From NCBI GenBank assembly GCA_025358255.1, contig JANYKC010000086.1, positions 24,698-88,697 of the forward strand: 64,000 nt of DNA, written 5' to 3'. A model generated the notes under the pieces. It was not told where the DNA came from. It did not search any database and saw only the letters and a program-made list of their open reading frames with translations. Below, piece by piece: positions 1-8,044 of this stretch. The first letter of the stretch is position 1. The number at the start of each line of letters is the position of its first letter. A program made the position numbers and the translations under genes. The DNA is from Spirochaetaceae bacterium. Its GTDB lineage: Bacteria; Spirochaetota; Spirochaetia; Treponematales; Rectinemataceae.

Positions 1-1199
1 TCGGACTCTTCCATGCCGGCGTCGACTACAGCTACGGCGGACAGACCGCCACCACGCCCTCAAACGAAAATGCCGCCCAGCTCGTCGCCGAGCAGGTTCC
101 CGGCTTTGACTTCATCATGGTCGGCCATGACCACCAGGGCTGGGATGGCCAGGGTTGGGACGTCACGGGCAAGAAGAAAGTCGATGTGAAGAATGGCGCC
201 GGCCAGATCGTCCCCATCTTCGGCCCTGTCAATGCCGCCAAGAACGTGGCCAAGGTCAATGTCACCCTCACCTGGGACAAGACGACCAAGAGCTATGCCA
301 AGTCCATCAAGGGAGCCCTCGTGCCCGTGGAAGGCGTCGCCGTGGATCCGGCCTTCACCGCCAAGTTCCAGCCCTTCAGTGACGAGATCAAGGCCTGGGT
401 AGACCAGCCCGTCGGCGCCGTCGCCGGCTCCATCACGACCAAGGACTCGATGTTCGGCGATTCCGCCTTCGTCGACCTCATCCATCGCATCCAGCTCGAC
501 CTCTGCGCCGACCCGGCCATGGGCCTCAAGCCCGCCCAGATCTCCTTCGCCGCCCCCCTCACCTTCAACGCGACCATCAATGCGGGACAGGTTTTTGTCC
601 GCGACATGTTCAACCTCTACCAGTACGAGAACTTCCTTTACACGATGAACCTTACCGGGAAGCAGGTGAAGGACTTCCTCGAGTTCTCCTACCAGAACTG
701 GGTGGAGACGATGCCCAATGATGGCAACCACATCATCAGCTTCGTGCGCGATCCCTCCGGCAAGCTCCTCCAGGACGCCCGCACCGGCGCCTACCGGCAG
801 ACCGTCGCCTACTACAATTACGACTCGGCCGCCGGCATCAACTACACGGTCGATGTCACCCAGCCAGCCGGAAAACGTGTCGTCATCGCCTCCATGGCTG
901 ACGGTTCCGCCTTCGACCTGGCCAAAACCTATTCTGTGGCGATCAACTCCTATCGCGGTTCGGGCGGCGGCGGACTCCTCACCACCGGCGCTGGCCTCGA
1001 CAAGGTAGCCGTCGGCAAGCTCCAGTTTGTCACCGGCGCCACGACCAAGGATCTCCGCTTCTACCTCCTTGACTGGTTCAAGAAGCAGAAGGGCGCCATC
1101 ACCGTGAACCCCATCGGCAACTGGAAGTTCGTCCCCGAGGACCTCGCCGCCCAGGGCAAGGCGGTGGACTACCCACTCCTCTATCCCGCCGCCAAGTAA
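1..1199 (+). CDS. metallophosphatase/5'-nucleotidase family protein (UshA/CpdB-like), 5' end outside window
   Basis: Frame open from nt 3. DFIMVGHDHQGW metallophosphoesterase motif, then a 5'-nucleotidase C-terminal-type domain. The stop is followed by a strong intrinsic terminator. Confidence 0.8.
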   Translation, partial: GLFHAGVDYSYGGQTATTPSNENAAQLVAEQVPGFDFIMVGHDHQGWDGQGWDVTGKKKVDVKNGAGQIVPIFGPVNAAKNVAKVNVTLTWDKTTKSYAKSIKGALVPVEGVAVDPAFTAKFQPFSDEIKAWVDQPVGAVAGSITTKDSMFGDSAFVDLIHRIQLDLCADPAMGLKPAQISFAAPLTFNATINAGQVFVRDMFNLYQYENFLYTMNLTGKQVKDFLEFSYQNWVETMPNDGNHIISFVRDPSGKLLQDARTGAYRQTVAYYNYDSAAGINYTVDVTQPAGKRVVIASMADGSAFDLAKTYSVAINSYRGSGGGGLLTTGAGLDKVAVGKLQFVTGATTKDLRFYLLDWFKKQKGAITVNPIGNWKFVPEDLAAQGKAVDYPLLYPAAK

Positions 1200-1219
1200 T
1201 CCTCCTTTCCGGATCCTTC

Positions 1220-1253
1220 GGGGCTGCCCATATGGGCGGCCCCGTTTTTTTTT
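1220..1253 (+). terminator. rho-independent terminator
   Basis: 10-bp stem ggggctgccc/gggcggcccc (one G-U pair), loop atat, then a run of 9 T. Confidence 0.85.
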
Positions 1254-1535
1254 GCGCTGCTCGGGCTTGTGGTCCCGCATCGAACTGCCGCGCGCGCGGG
1301 ACTCCACCCCCGCTTGCCTGCCCAGGCCCCGCGGATCTCGTTCCTGAAGGTTCCCGCAAGCCCTCCCCGACAAGGCCGTCCGCCCGCCGGTTTGCTTTCC
1401 CCTTGCTCCTTTGCCGACTCCTTGCTACCTTGGATATAGGGTTGTTCGCCTAGAAGAAAAAGAATAAGGGACTCCCCGCCGCGAAGGCTGCGGAGCATCG
1501 CGGGATAGGACAATCGCTTCCCAAGGAGGAAGGAT

Positions 1536-2066
1536 ATGAAGGGAAACAAGACGTACATGGACATCGGGAGCATCCTCGATGAGGTTTTCGAGGTCGCCAA
1601 GGACTTTGGAGCGAAGATGAACAGCGAATTCGGGGAGGGCAACCCGGATGGCTTCAAGAAACCCTGGCACGAAGGGCCACGGGACGAAAACGCCGATTAT
1701 TATCCAAGCTATTCCTATCCACCCATGAACATATTCCTCACGCCCGAACGAAGCATCATGTTCGAATTCGCCCTAGCGGGTTTCAACGAATCGGATATCA
1801 GCCTCTCCTTCCAAGGAGATTACATGGTGTTCTCCGCGAAGATCGGTATCGAGGAGCAGGCCGAGGACGGCTCCCGCTACATCAAGCGCCGCCTCAAGCT
1901 GAAAGACGTGGAAAAGCAGAAGTACTATGTGCCCGCGGACAAGTTCGCGCAGGAGAAGGTCAAGGCACTCTTCAAGAACGGCATCCTCAAGGTGATCGTT
2001 CCGCCCAAGGAAGAAAGCGAAGGCGGCGAGGGGATCCGCATCGAGATCGTGAAAGACGGCGAATAG
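1536..2066 (+). CDS. Hsp20/alpha-crystallin family small heat-shock protein
   Basis: GGAGG 6 nt upstream of the ATG. Alpha-crystallin core (FEFALAGFNESDISLSFQGDYMVFSA ... ALFKNGILKVIVP). Confidence 0.9.
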   Translation: MKGNKTYMDIGSILDEVFEVAKDFGAKMNSEFGEGNPDGFKKPWHEGPRDENADYYPSYSYPPMNIFLTPERSIMFEFALAGFNESDISLSFQGDYMVFSAKIGIEEQAEDGSRYIKRRLKLKDVEKQKYYVPADKFAQEKVKALFKNGILKVIVPPKEESEGGEGIRIEIVKDGE

Positions 2067-2081
2067 CCCTTGCAAGCATGG

Positions 2082-2116
2082 AAAAAAAGACCGCCCGTCG
2101 TGGGCGGCTTTTTTTT
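2082..2116. terminator. bidirectional terminator between convergent genes
   Basis: A-run, 6-bp GC stem ccgccc/gggcgg with a 5-nt loop, then a T-run. Sits between the hsp20 stop and the anti-sigma stop. Confidence 0.7.
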
Positions 2117-2127
2117 CCTCAAAAAGT

Positions 2128-2598
2128 CTAGGCGTGGGGCATATAGCGCTTGAGGATGGGCTCCAGCTCGTCAATGTGGGTGGCGATGAAGACCCCGCCA
2201 AAGACGGTCAGGGTGGACGCCAGCACCAACGCTAGCGAGAGGGAGTAGCTTGTCCCGAAAAGCTCCTTGATGAGGGAAAAATTCGGATCGAAGGGAATGA
2301 TGGCCACCGAGGCCACAAGGACAAAACCCGAGACCGCCCAGTCGCGCGCGTGGAGTTCCCGCTTCGGTTTCGGAAGGAGACGCACCGCGACCATGATGCG
2401 GTCTTCGACTAGGTCTCCTATCGGGCCTGCCGAGTCGGACGCGGAAACTGCGGCAAGGTAGCTTGCCGAGGCTTCCTTGAGGAGGGCGACCTTTGCCCGG
2501 CATTCGGGGCAAGCGGCCAGGTGGAGCCGGAGGAGGACACCGGGTTCTTCGTCCGCGTCCAGGCGATCGTAGCGATCCAGGAATGACTCACAGCGCAT
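2128..2598 (-). CDS. putative zinc-finger (zf-HC2) anti-sigma factor, membrane anchored
   Basis: MRCESFLDRY...HLAACPECRAKV (H-x3-C-x2-C) and C-terminal hydrophobic helices. The ATG at 2598 overlaps the sigma factor stop. The longer ORF to 2658 was rejected. Confidence 0.65.
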   Translation of the reverse strand: MRCESFLDRYDRLDADEEPGVLLRLHLAACPECRAKVALLKEASASYLAAVSASDSAGPIGDLVEDRIMVAVRLLPKPKRELHARDWAVSGFVLVASVAIIPFDPNFSLIKELFGTSYSLSLALVLASTLTVFGGVFIATHIDELEPILKRYMPHA

Positions 2599-3157
2599 CG
2601 TCGACCTCCGGGCCGATCCCGAGCCGCTCCCGCAGGAGCTTCTTGGCCCTGAAAACATGGGACTTTATCGTATTCACCGGGAATCCGGTGATCTCGCTGA
2701 TCTCGGCATACTTCAGGCTATATCCAAAAAACAACTCGATGCAGACCGCCTGGCGGGGAGGGAGGCCATCCATGGCCGCACGCACCGCCCGTATCGTCTC
2801 GCCCCGCTCATGGGTCTCATCCGCTCCTATGTCCCCGGGAAGGATATCGTCGGGGTCGAGGGGAAGGCTCTCCCTACGGCGCTGTTTCGCGTTGACCGCC
2901 GTGTTGTAGGCGATTCGAAGGAGCCAGGTCGAAAAGAGGGAACGTCCCTTGAAGGAACCCAAGGCGGTGTAGGCCTTGAGGAAAACATCCTGGGTGAAAT
3001 CGGCCGCTTCCTCGGCGTCATGGAAAAAACCCATGCCCAACCTCTCGACGCGCGACCGGTGCCGCAGGACAAGGATGGAAAAGGCCTCGCGATCACCCTC
3101 GAGAACCAGGTCCAGTACATCCTCGTCGCGGAGATCCTCGGCTCTCCGCTCCGTCAT
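2588..3157 (-). CDS. ECF (sigma-70 family, group 4) RNA polymerase sigma factor
   Basis: Region 2 (DFTQDVFLKAYTAL, STWLLRIAYN) and region 4 HTH (YAEISEITGFPVNTIKSHVFRAKKLL). Confidence 0.9.
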   Translation of the reverse strand: MTERRAEDLRDEDVLDLVLEGDREAFSILVLRHRSRVERLGMGFFHDAEEAADFTQDVFLKAYTALGSFKGRSLFSTWLLRIAYNTAVNAKQRRRESLPLDPDDILPGDIGADETHERGETIRAVRAAMDGLPPRQAVCIELFFGYSLKYAEISEITGFPVNTIKSHVFRAKKLLRERLGIGPEVDDAL

Positions 3158-3492
3158 GAAATAAGCCGGCGGCTCCTGATACCGTAAAAGACGAGAAGGC
3201 CTATTCCGAGGGCCAATGGGATGAGGCCTCCAAGGATTCCGTAGCCGAGCCCGTCCTTCGCGATGAAAAGCGCGGTAAGGACGGTGCCGACACCGCCAAG
3301 GAGGATTCCCGTGAGGAGGGCGAAGGTGTCCAGCTCGATCCGGTTCGGCGTATAGGCGCCGCGCTCGATCAGCAGCACTTTTTCCTTGTGGCTCCAGAGC
3401 AGGTAAAAGAACACGACGACACTTCCCATGACGATACCCACGATTGGTATGACGGAAATGACAACCTGCGCGGCCACGGAAGGAAAAGACAT
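3154..3492 (-). CDS. small membrane protein (about 3 TM helices), first gene of the ECF sigma module
   Basis: MSFPSVAAQVVISVIPIVGIV... hydrophobic throughout. The stop overlaps the sigma factor ATG (ATGA). The longer ORF to 3945 overlaps the DUF1667 gene and was rejected. Confidence 0.6.
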   Translation of the reverse strand: MSFPSVAAQVVISVIPIVGIVMGSVVVFFYLLWSHKEKVLLIERGAYTPNRIELDTFALLTGILLGGVGTVLTALFIAKDGLGYGILGGLIPLALGIGLLVFYGIRSRRLIS

Positions 3493-3602
3493 CTTGGGGG
3501 GCCCTCCATTCTCGAATTTGGGCGTGCGGCTCTTCCTTTTTTGGAACGCCCGACGGTATATAGACAGGAGCGGGAAGATAATAGTTGCGGTCGCAACGCC
3601 CC

Positions 3603-3992
3603 TTATCCTATGGAGCGCGTCACCACCACGTCTATCCCCGTTCCAAGGACATCCCGCATGACGACATCCCCCTTGCGGACCGGCAAGGAGAGTTCCAGCG
3701 CATAAAGCGATTCGAGGAGTCCGGCTATGCCTTCCCTGGGGATGGCACCTGTCGTCCGGATGGGCACGCGCCGCGGGGCAGCCAGGCTGGGCCTGGGTCC
3801 ATGCGGATCGCGGTAGCCCCCGGCCCGGCAGGTGGCCGTCACCACGCGCTTTGGCGCTACCGTCTCCTCGCGGGCATAGACGGCGCCGCGGGGGCACTTG
3901 TTGCCACTCACCTGTATTTCGCCGCCGGCGAGCCCCTCCACCCAAAGGTGGCAGCCGATCGGGCAGGTGATGCAGATCAGTTCCTGTCTCAT
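3603..3992 (-). CDS. DUF1667 domain protein (Cys-rich small subunit of GlpA-like flavoprotein complexes)
   Basis: CITCPIGCHL...GNKCPRG cysteine motifs. Lies directly downstream of two FAD oxidoreductase genes, the arrangement typical of this family. Confidence 0.8.
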   Translation of the reverse strand: MRQELICITCPIGCHLWVEGLAGGEIQVSGNKCPRGAVYAREETVAPKRVVTATCRAGGYRDPHGPRPSLAAPRRVPIRTTGAIPREGIAGLLESLYALELSLPVRKGDVVMRDVLGTGIDVVVTRSIG

Positions 3993-4002
3993 GATGCCCT
4001 CC

Positions 4003-5259
4003 TCATAGGATGGAAACTTCGAGCACGGAGTCGGGCGACTCCCTGGCAGCGGCCAGCTCCGATGGACCGAGATTGAAGCTGATCATCTCGGACGGCTGGA
4101 CGTGGCTCTTCTTCTGCGAGCGCACGGTCTTGTTGTTGAGTCTCACCTCGAGGACCGCGTCGTTCTTCACGATGAGGGTCCGCAGGTAGAGCTTGTTGTC
4201 CCGGGCCGGATCAAGCCTCCCCGGCGTGACGTAACGGACATTGGAGCCGGCCTTGACCCGGAGTTCCTTGTCCTTGCGCCTGCCCGCGAGCCAGTCGGCC
4301 GCGAAAGAGCCCGCGCGCCGCGCCTCCTCCACGACGAAATCCACCAGGTCGTGGACATGGAGGACGTTGCCGCAGGCGAAGACTCCCGGCACGCTCGTCA
4401 TGAGGGTGGAATCCACCCAAGGGCCATTGGTCATCGGGCTTAAGTCGATCCCGAGGCTCCGCGAAAGCTCGTTCTCCGGCACAAGGCCCACGGAGAGCAA
4501 GACCGTGTCGCAGGGTATCCGGAAACTGCGGTCGAACATGAGGGCGCCGTTCTCGATGGGGGTGACCTCGACGCCCTCCACCCTGTCCTGGCCGTAGATG
4601 TTCGTGGTGAGATGGGAGAGGTAAAGGGGGATGCCGAAGTCCTTGAGGCATTGCACGATGTTGCGCGTAAGGCCCGAGGGGTAGGGGAGGATCTCGACCA
4701 CCGCGTGGACCTTGCAGCCGATCCAGCTCATGCGCCGCGCCATGATGAGGCCGATGTCTCCAGAGCCAATTATGACGACATCCTTGCCGGGTATGTAGCC
4801 TTCGATGTTCACGAGCCGCTGCGCAAGCCCGGCCGTGAACACGCCCGCGGGGCGTGAGCCGGGGATGCGGATGTTGCCGCGGTTTCGTTCCCTGCAGCCC
4901 ATGGCCAGGACAACGGCCCGGGCCTTGATGCGGATCACGCCCCAGGCACCCGAGACGCAGGAGATAACCTTGTGCTCGCCGTTGTCCTCCACCTCGATGA
5001 CGGTGGCGCCGCAAAACGGGGTGATGGCGGCGCTCCTTACCTTCTCCTCAAGGCGTTGCGCGAATTCAGGGCCCGAGAGCTCCTCGTTGAACTCGATGAG
5101 CCCGAAGCCGTTGTGGATGCATTGCATGAGGATGCCGCCCAGCTCGTCCTCCCGCTCGATCACGGCGCAGGAAAGTCCCCTCGCGGATAGCTCCAGGGCA
5201 GCCGCCATCCCCGCGGCTCCGCCCCCTATCACCGCCGAATCGAATTGCAGTTCCTTCAT
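4003..5259 (-). CDS. FAD/NAD(P)-dependent pyridine nucleotide-disulfide oxidoreductase
   Basis: Two Rossmann motifs (VIGGGAAGMAAA; VIIGSGDIGLIMA) and a GD motif (FACGNVLHVHDLVD). 4-nt overlap with the upstream gene. Confidence 0.85.
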   Translation of the reverse strand: MKELQFDSAVIGGGAAGMAAALELSARGLSCAVIEREDELGGILMQCIHNGFGLIEFNEELSGPEFAQRLEEKVRSAAITPFCGATVIEVEDNGEHKVISCVSGAWGVIRIKARAVVLAMGCRERNRGNIRIPGSRPAGVFTAGLAQRLVNIEGYIPGKDVVIIGSGDIGLIMARRMSWIGCKVHAVVEILPYPSGLTRNIVQCLKDFGIPLYLSHLTTNIYGQDRVEGVEVTPIENGALMFDRSFRIPCDTVLLSVGLVPENELSRSLGIDLSPMTNGPWVDSTLMTSVPGVFACGNVLHVHDLVDFVVEEARRAGSFAADWLAGRRKDKELRVKAGSNVRYVTPGRLDPARDNKLYLRTLIVKNDAVLEVRLNNKTVRSQKKSHVQPSEMISFNLGPSELAAARESPDSVLEVSIL

Positions 5260-6695
5260 AGCTCGCCCCTCAGCACGGTGCTCGCCCCGCCGCGCTTCGT
5301 GATTTCGCCGGCCTTCATGCCCGTCTCGCGCATGATGATCTTGAGGATCTTGTAGGTGCAGAACCCGCCCTGGCAGCGCCCCATCTGGGCCCGCGTGAAA
5401 TACTTGATCCCGTCGAGGGTCGTGTGGCCGCGCCTGATCGCCTCGACGATCTCGGCCTCGGTCACGCGCTCGCAGCGGCAGACCAGCTCGCCGTAGGCCG
5501 GATCCTTCTGGATGAGGGCATCCAGCTCGAAGGGGGAAAGGTCCTTGGCCCTCGGCACCTTGCGCACGAACGGGTCGAAGTCGGCTTTCTCGACAAGGCG
5601 CAAGCCGGCTTTTTTCAGGAGGTCCTTCACGTATTCGCCGATGGCGGGGCTCGCGGTCAGGCCGGGCGACTGGATTCCGGCGACGTGGATGAAGGCAGGG
5701 ACCTTCGCGGAGGCCTCGATCATGAAGTCCTCCTCGATCACCGACCTGATCCCCGCGAAGCTCGTGATGACGTCGCCTTCGGAGATCGAAGGGATCATGT
5801 TGCGTGCGCTCTTGAGGATCGTGTCGAGTTCCTCCCTCGTGGTGGCGCAGTCCTCCTTGTCGTCCACCTTCGTGGCCGTCGGCCCGATGAGGACGGTGCC
5901 CTCCACCGTGGGCACGATGAGCATGCCCTTTGAGACCGAGGTCGGCACGGGAAAGACGACGCGGTCCGGCTTGGCCTTGGTCTGCCGGTCCAGGAGGTAG
6001 TATTCGCCCTTGCGCGCATGCACCAGGTATTCCTCGGCGCCGAAGATCCTCGAGACCTCGTCCGCGAAGAGGCCGGCCGCGTTGACGACATACCTGGCCT
6101 GCACCGCGCGCCCGTCGGCGGCCGTCACGGTCCAGAGCTCACCGGCGCGGCGCGCCTGGACGACCTTGTAGTCGGTGAGGAGGCTCAGGCCGTTCTTTTG
6201 GGCATTCTCGACAAGGGAGAAGACAAAGCGGTAGGGTTCGACAATGCCACCCCCCGGAGCGTAGAGGCCGCCTACTGTATCCGAGGAGAGCTTGGGCTCG
6301 AGCTCCAGCATCCGCTCGCGGGAGCACATCTCGATGCCTATGACGCCGTTTTCCACGCCCTGGGTGTACAACTGCTCGACGGAGCGCATCTCGTCCTCAT
6401 GGAGGGCCACGACCACGATGCCGCAGCGCTCGAAGGGAAAGTCGAGTTCGGCCTTGAGGCGATCGAACATCGAGGCGCCAAGCACCTCAAGGCGGGCCTT
6501 CAGGTACTTGCTTCCATGATGGAAGCCACCATGGACAATCCCCGAGTTGGCCTTGGAGATGCCGAAGGAGACATCGGCCTCCTTTTCCACAAGGGCGACA
6601 TCAAGCTCGTAGGAGCATAGCCTGCGGGCAATGTTCGCCCCGCTGACACCGGCGCCGATTATGACCACGTCGAAGGTATCCGAACCCTGTTTCAT
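5256..6695 (-). CDS. FAD-dependent oxidoreductase, anaerobic glycerol-3-phosphate dehydrogenase-like, with BFD-like [2Fe-2S] domain
   Basis: DVVIIGAGVSGANIA dinucleotide fold. C-terminal CRCERVTEAEI...GRCQGGFC BFD-type motif. Start chosen at the ATG preceded by GGGAGGG. Confidence 0.85.
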   Translation of the reverse strand: MKQGSDTFDVVIIGAGVSGANIARRLCSYELDVALVEKEADVSFGISKANSGIVHGGFHHGSKYLKARLEVLGASMFDRLKAELDFPFERCGIVVVALHEDEMRSVEQLYTQGVENGVIGIEMCSRERMLELEPKLSSDTVGGLYAPGGGIVEPYRFVFSLVENAQKNGLSLLTDYKVVQARRAGELWTVTAADGRAVQARYVVNAAGLFADEVSRIFGAEEYLVHARKGEYYLLDRQTKAKPDRVVFPVPTSVSKGMLIVPTVEGTVLIGPTATKVDDKEDCATTREELDTILKSARNMIPSISEGDVITSFAGIRSVIEEDFMIEASAKVPAFIHVAGIQSPGLTASPAIGEYVKDLLKKAGLRLVEKADFDPFVRKVPRAKDLSPFELDALIQKDPAYGELVCRCERVTEAEIVEAIRRGHTTLDGIKYFTRAQMGRCQGGFCTYKILKIIMRETGMKAGEITKRGGASTVLRGEL

Positions 6696-6810
6696 GTCGC
6701 TTGCCCTCCCTTTCGGACAGTATAGCGCCAGATTTTCTGGTATACAGATCCGGAAGATGTCGAATTTGTCTTGCAACCCTGTAATCTGGATTCTATAGTT
6801 TCATATTACA

Positions 6811-7968
6811 GTGTTAATACAAAGGAGAATGCTACGGGTTATCCTCGAAACCCTCCTCGATGAAACCCTGCTGTTGATTGAAAGCCCACCGCGTTCGGGC
6901 AAGACGACCCTGGCAAGCCAACTCCAGCGCGCCGCCACCGCAGCGGCCGGCTCCGCCATCCTGGTCGACGCCTCGGCAGCGGGGGCCGCCAACATCCTCC
7001 GCGAGCCGGGTCTGGCATTCAAGGCCATCGGCGGCGGCCGGGATCGCGTCCTCATCGTGGACAACGCCGACCGGGACCAGGCCATCCTCGAAGGCTTGCT
7101 TCGCCCTGATGCCGGCTGGCCCCGGATGGTCCTGCTGGGAACGGGATTCCCGCCATCCTTGGCGCTGCCTCGTCTTGAGCTCGGTCCGCTTGGAATCCTG
7201 GAGGTCGGAGGCGATTCGCGGAACCGCCACTGGCTCAGGGGCGGCTATCCCGAGGCGTATTTCGCCCACAGCGATGCGGAGTCGTTTGCTGGATTGATGC
7301 TTTCCCTGGAAAACCTGGCCGAATCGCGCGTTGCGGGTGCCGGCCTTCCCTGGGAACCGGGACGTTCACGCAACCTGCTTTCCATGCTCGCACTGTCCCA
7401 CGGTGAAGCCCTCAACGAGAATGCGATCGCTCGGTCCCTCGGCGTCTCCCGACCTACGGTCGCGCGCAGCCTGGCCAAGCTCGCGCGACTCGGCATCCTT
7501 CGTGTGCTTCCTTCCCTGCCCTCCCCGGAGGGCAAAAGAACAAGGCGTTCGGGCGCATTCTATTTGCGGGACTCTGGCCATCTCCATGCCATCCTTGGCA
7601 TCGGGTCGATGCAGGCCCTCGTCGGGAACCCGCGGCTGGCCTCTTCCTGGGAAGGCTATGTGATAGAACAGGCCCTCACCCTCCTGCCCCAAGGCCTTGA
7701 AGCCGCGCGATATCGAAGCCAGGACGGCGCAGGCCTCGAGCTCGTCATCATGGATTCAGGCAGGCCGGTAGCCGGCGCAGCGATCCGCTGGGCCAGCCAC
7801 CTGGCCGCCGTGCCCCGGGGCGTCCGCATTGCCGCTGGTGACCTGGGCCTCGAGCAGGTACAGCTTGTCCTTCCCGAGGCCGACAACTCCGATCTCGGCG
7901 ATGGCTTCCAGACAATCGGCCTTCCCCGCTTCCTCGAGGAGATAAGCAGCCTAGGCGCAGGCGCGTGA
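6811..7968 (+). CDS. AAA-type ATPase (DUF4143-like architecture)
   Basis: Walker A SPPRSGKTT, Walker B-like VLIVDNAD, C-terminal wHTH-like segment (IARSLGVSRPTVARSLAKL). The start could instead be the ATG at 6829. Confidence 0.65.
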   Translation: MLIQRRMLRVILETLLDETLLLIESPPRSGKTTLASQLQRAATAAAGSAILVDASAAGAANILREPGLAFKAIGGGRDRVLIVDNADRDQAILEGLLRPDAGWPRMVLLGTGFPPSLALPRLELGPLGILEVGGDSRNRHWLRGGYPEAYFAHSDAESFAGLMLSLENLAESRVAGAGLPWEPGRSRNLLSMLALSHGEALNENAIARSLGVSRPTVARSLAKLARLGILRVLPSLPSPEGKRTRRSGAFYLRDSGHLHAILGIGSMQALVGNPRLASSWEGYVIEQALTLLPQGLEAARYRSQDGAGLELVIMDSGRPVAGAAIRWASHLAAVPRGVRIAAGDLGLEQVQLVLPEADNSDLGDGFQTIGLPRFLEEISSLGAGA

Positions 7969-7984
7969 AATGCCATCATGCGAA

Positions 7985-8006
7985 GAGCCGGGCTTTCGTC
8001 CGGCTC
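7985..8006. terminator. hairpin between convergent genes (possible terminator)
   Basis: gagccgg / ccggctc 7-bp stem with an 8-nt loop. No clear T-run. Confidence 0.35.
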
Positions 8007-8044
8007 TCCGCGGTGGTCACGGGGCGCCTTCTGTGCCGGATCCT

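Noticed and set aside
1429-1446. Sigma-54-like -24/-12 element (TTGGAT-N-TTGT) about 95 nt upstream of hsp20. It was tempting because rpoN and an EBP are in the window and ibpB of E. coli has a sigma-54 promoter.
   Set aside because: The GG-N10 spacing fits, but the -12 GC is GT and the -24 block deviates from TGGCAC. That is too weak to call without a genome-wide motif model.
3154-3945. N-terminally extended versions of several ORFs: 3154-3945, 8045-10648, 42230-42700, 50306-52234, 56986-58263, 57963-58826, 61041-62225.
   Set aside because: The extensions overlap neighbouring genes or promoter/terminator elements and lack family similarity. Internal ATG/GTG starts with RBSs fit the conserved N-termini.
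6779-6812. 7-bp inverted repeat ctgtaat...attacag in the divergent promoter region between the GlpA-like operon and the ATPase gene.
   Set aside because: The arms are short, the spacer is 20 nt, and the DNA is AT-rich, so this could easily arise by chance. No regulator gene is adjacent.
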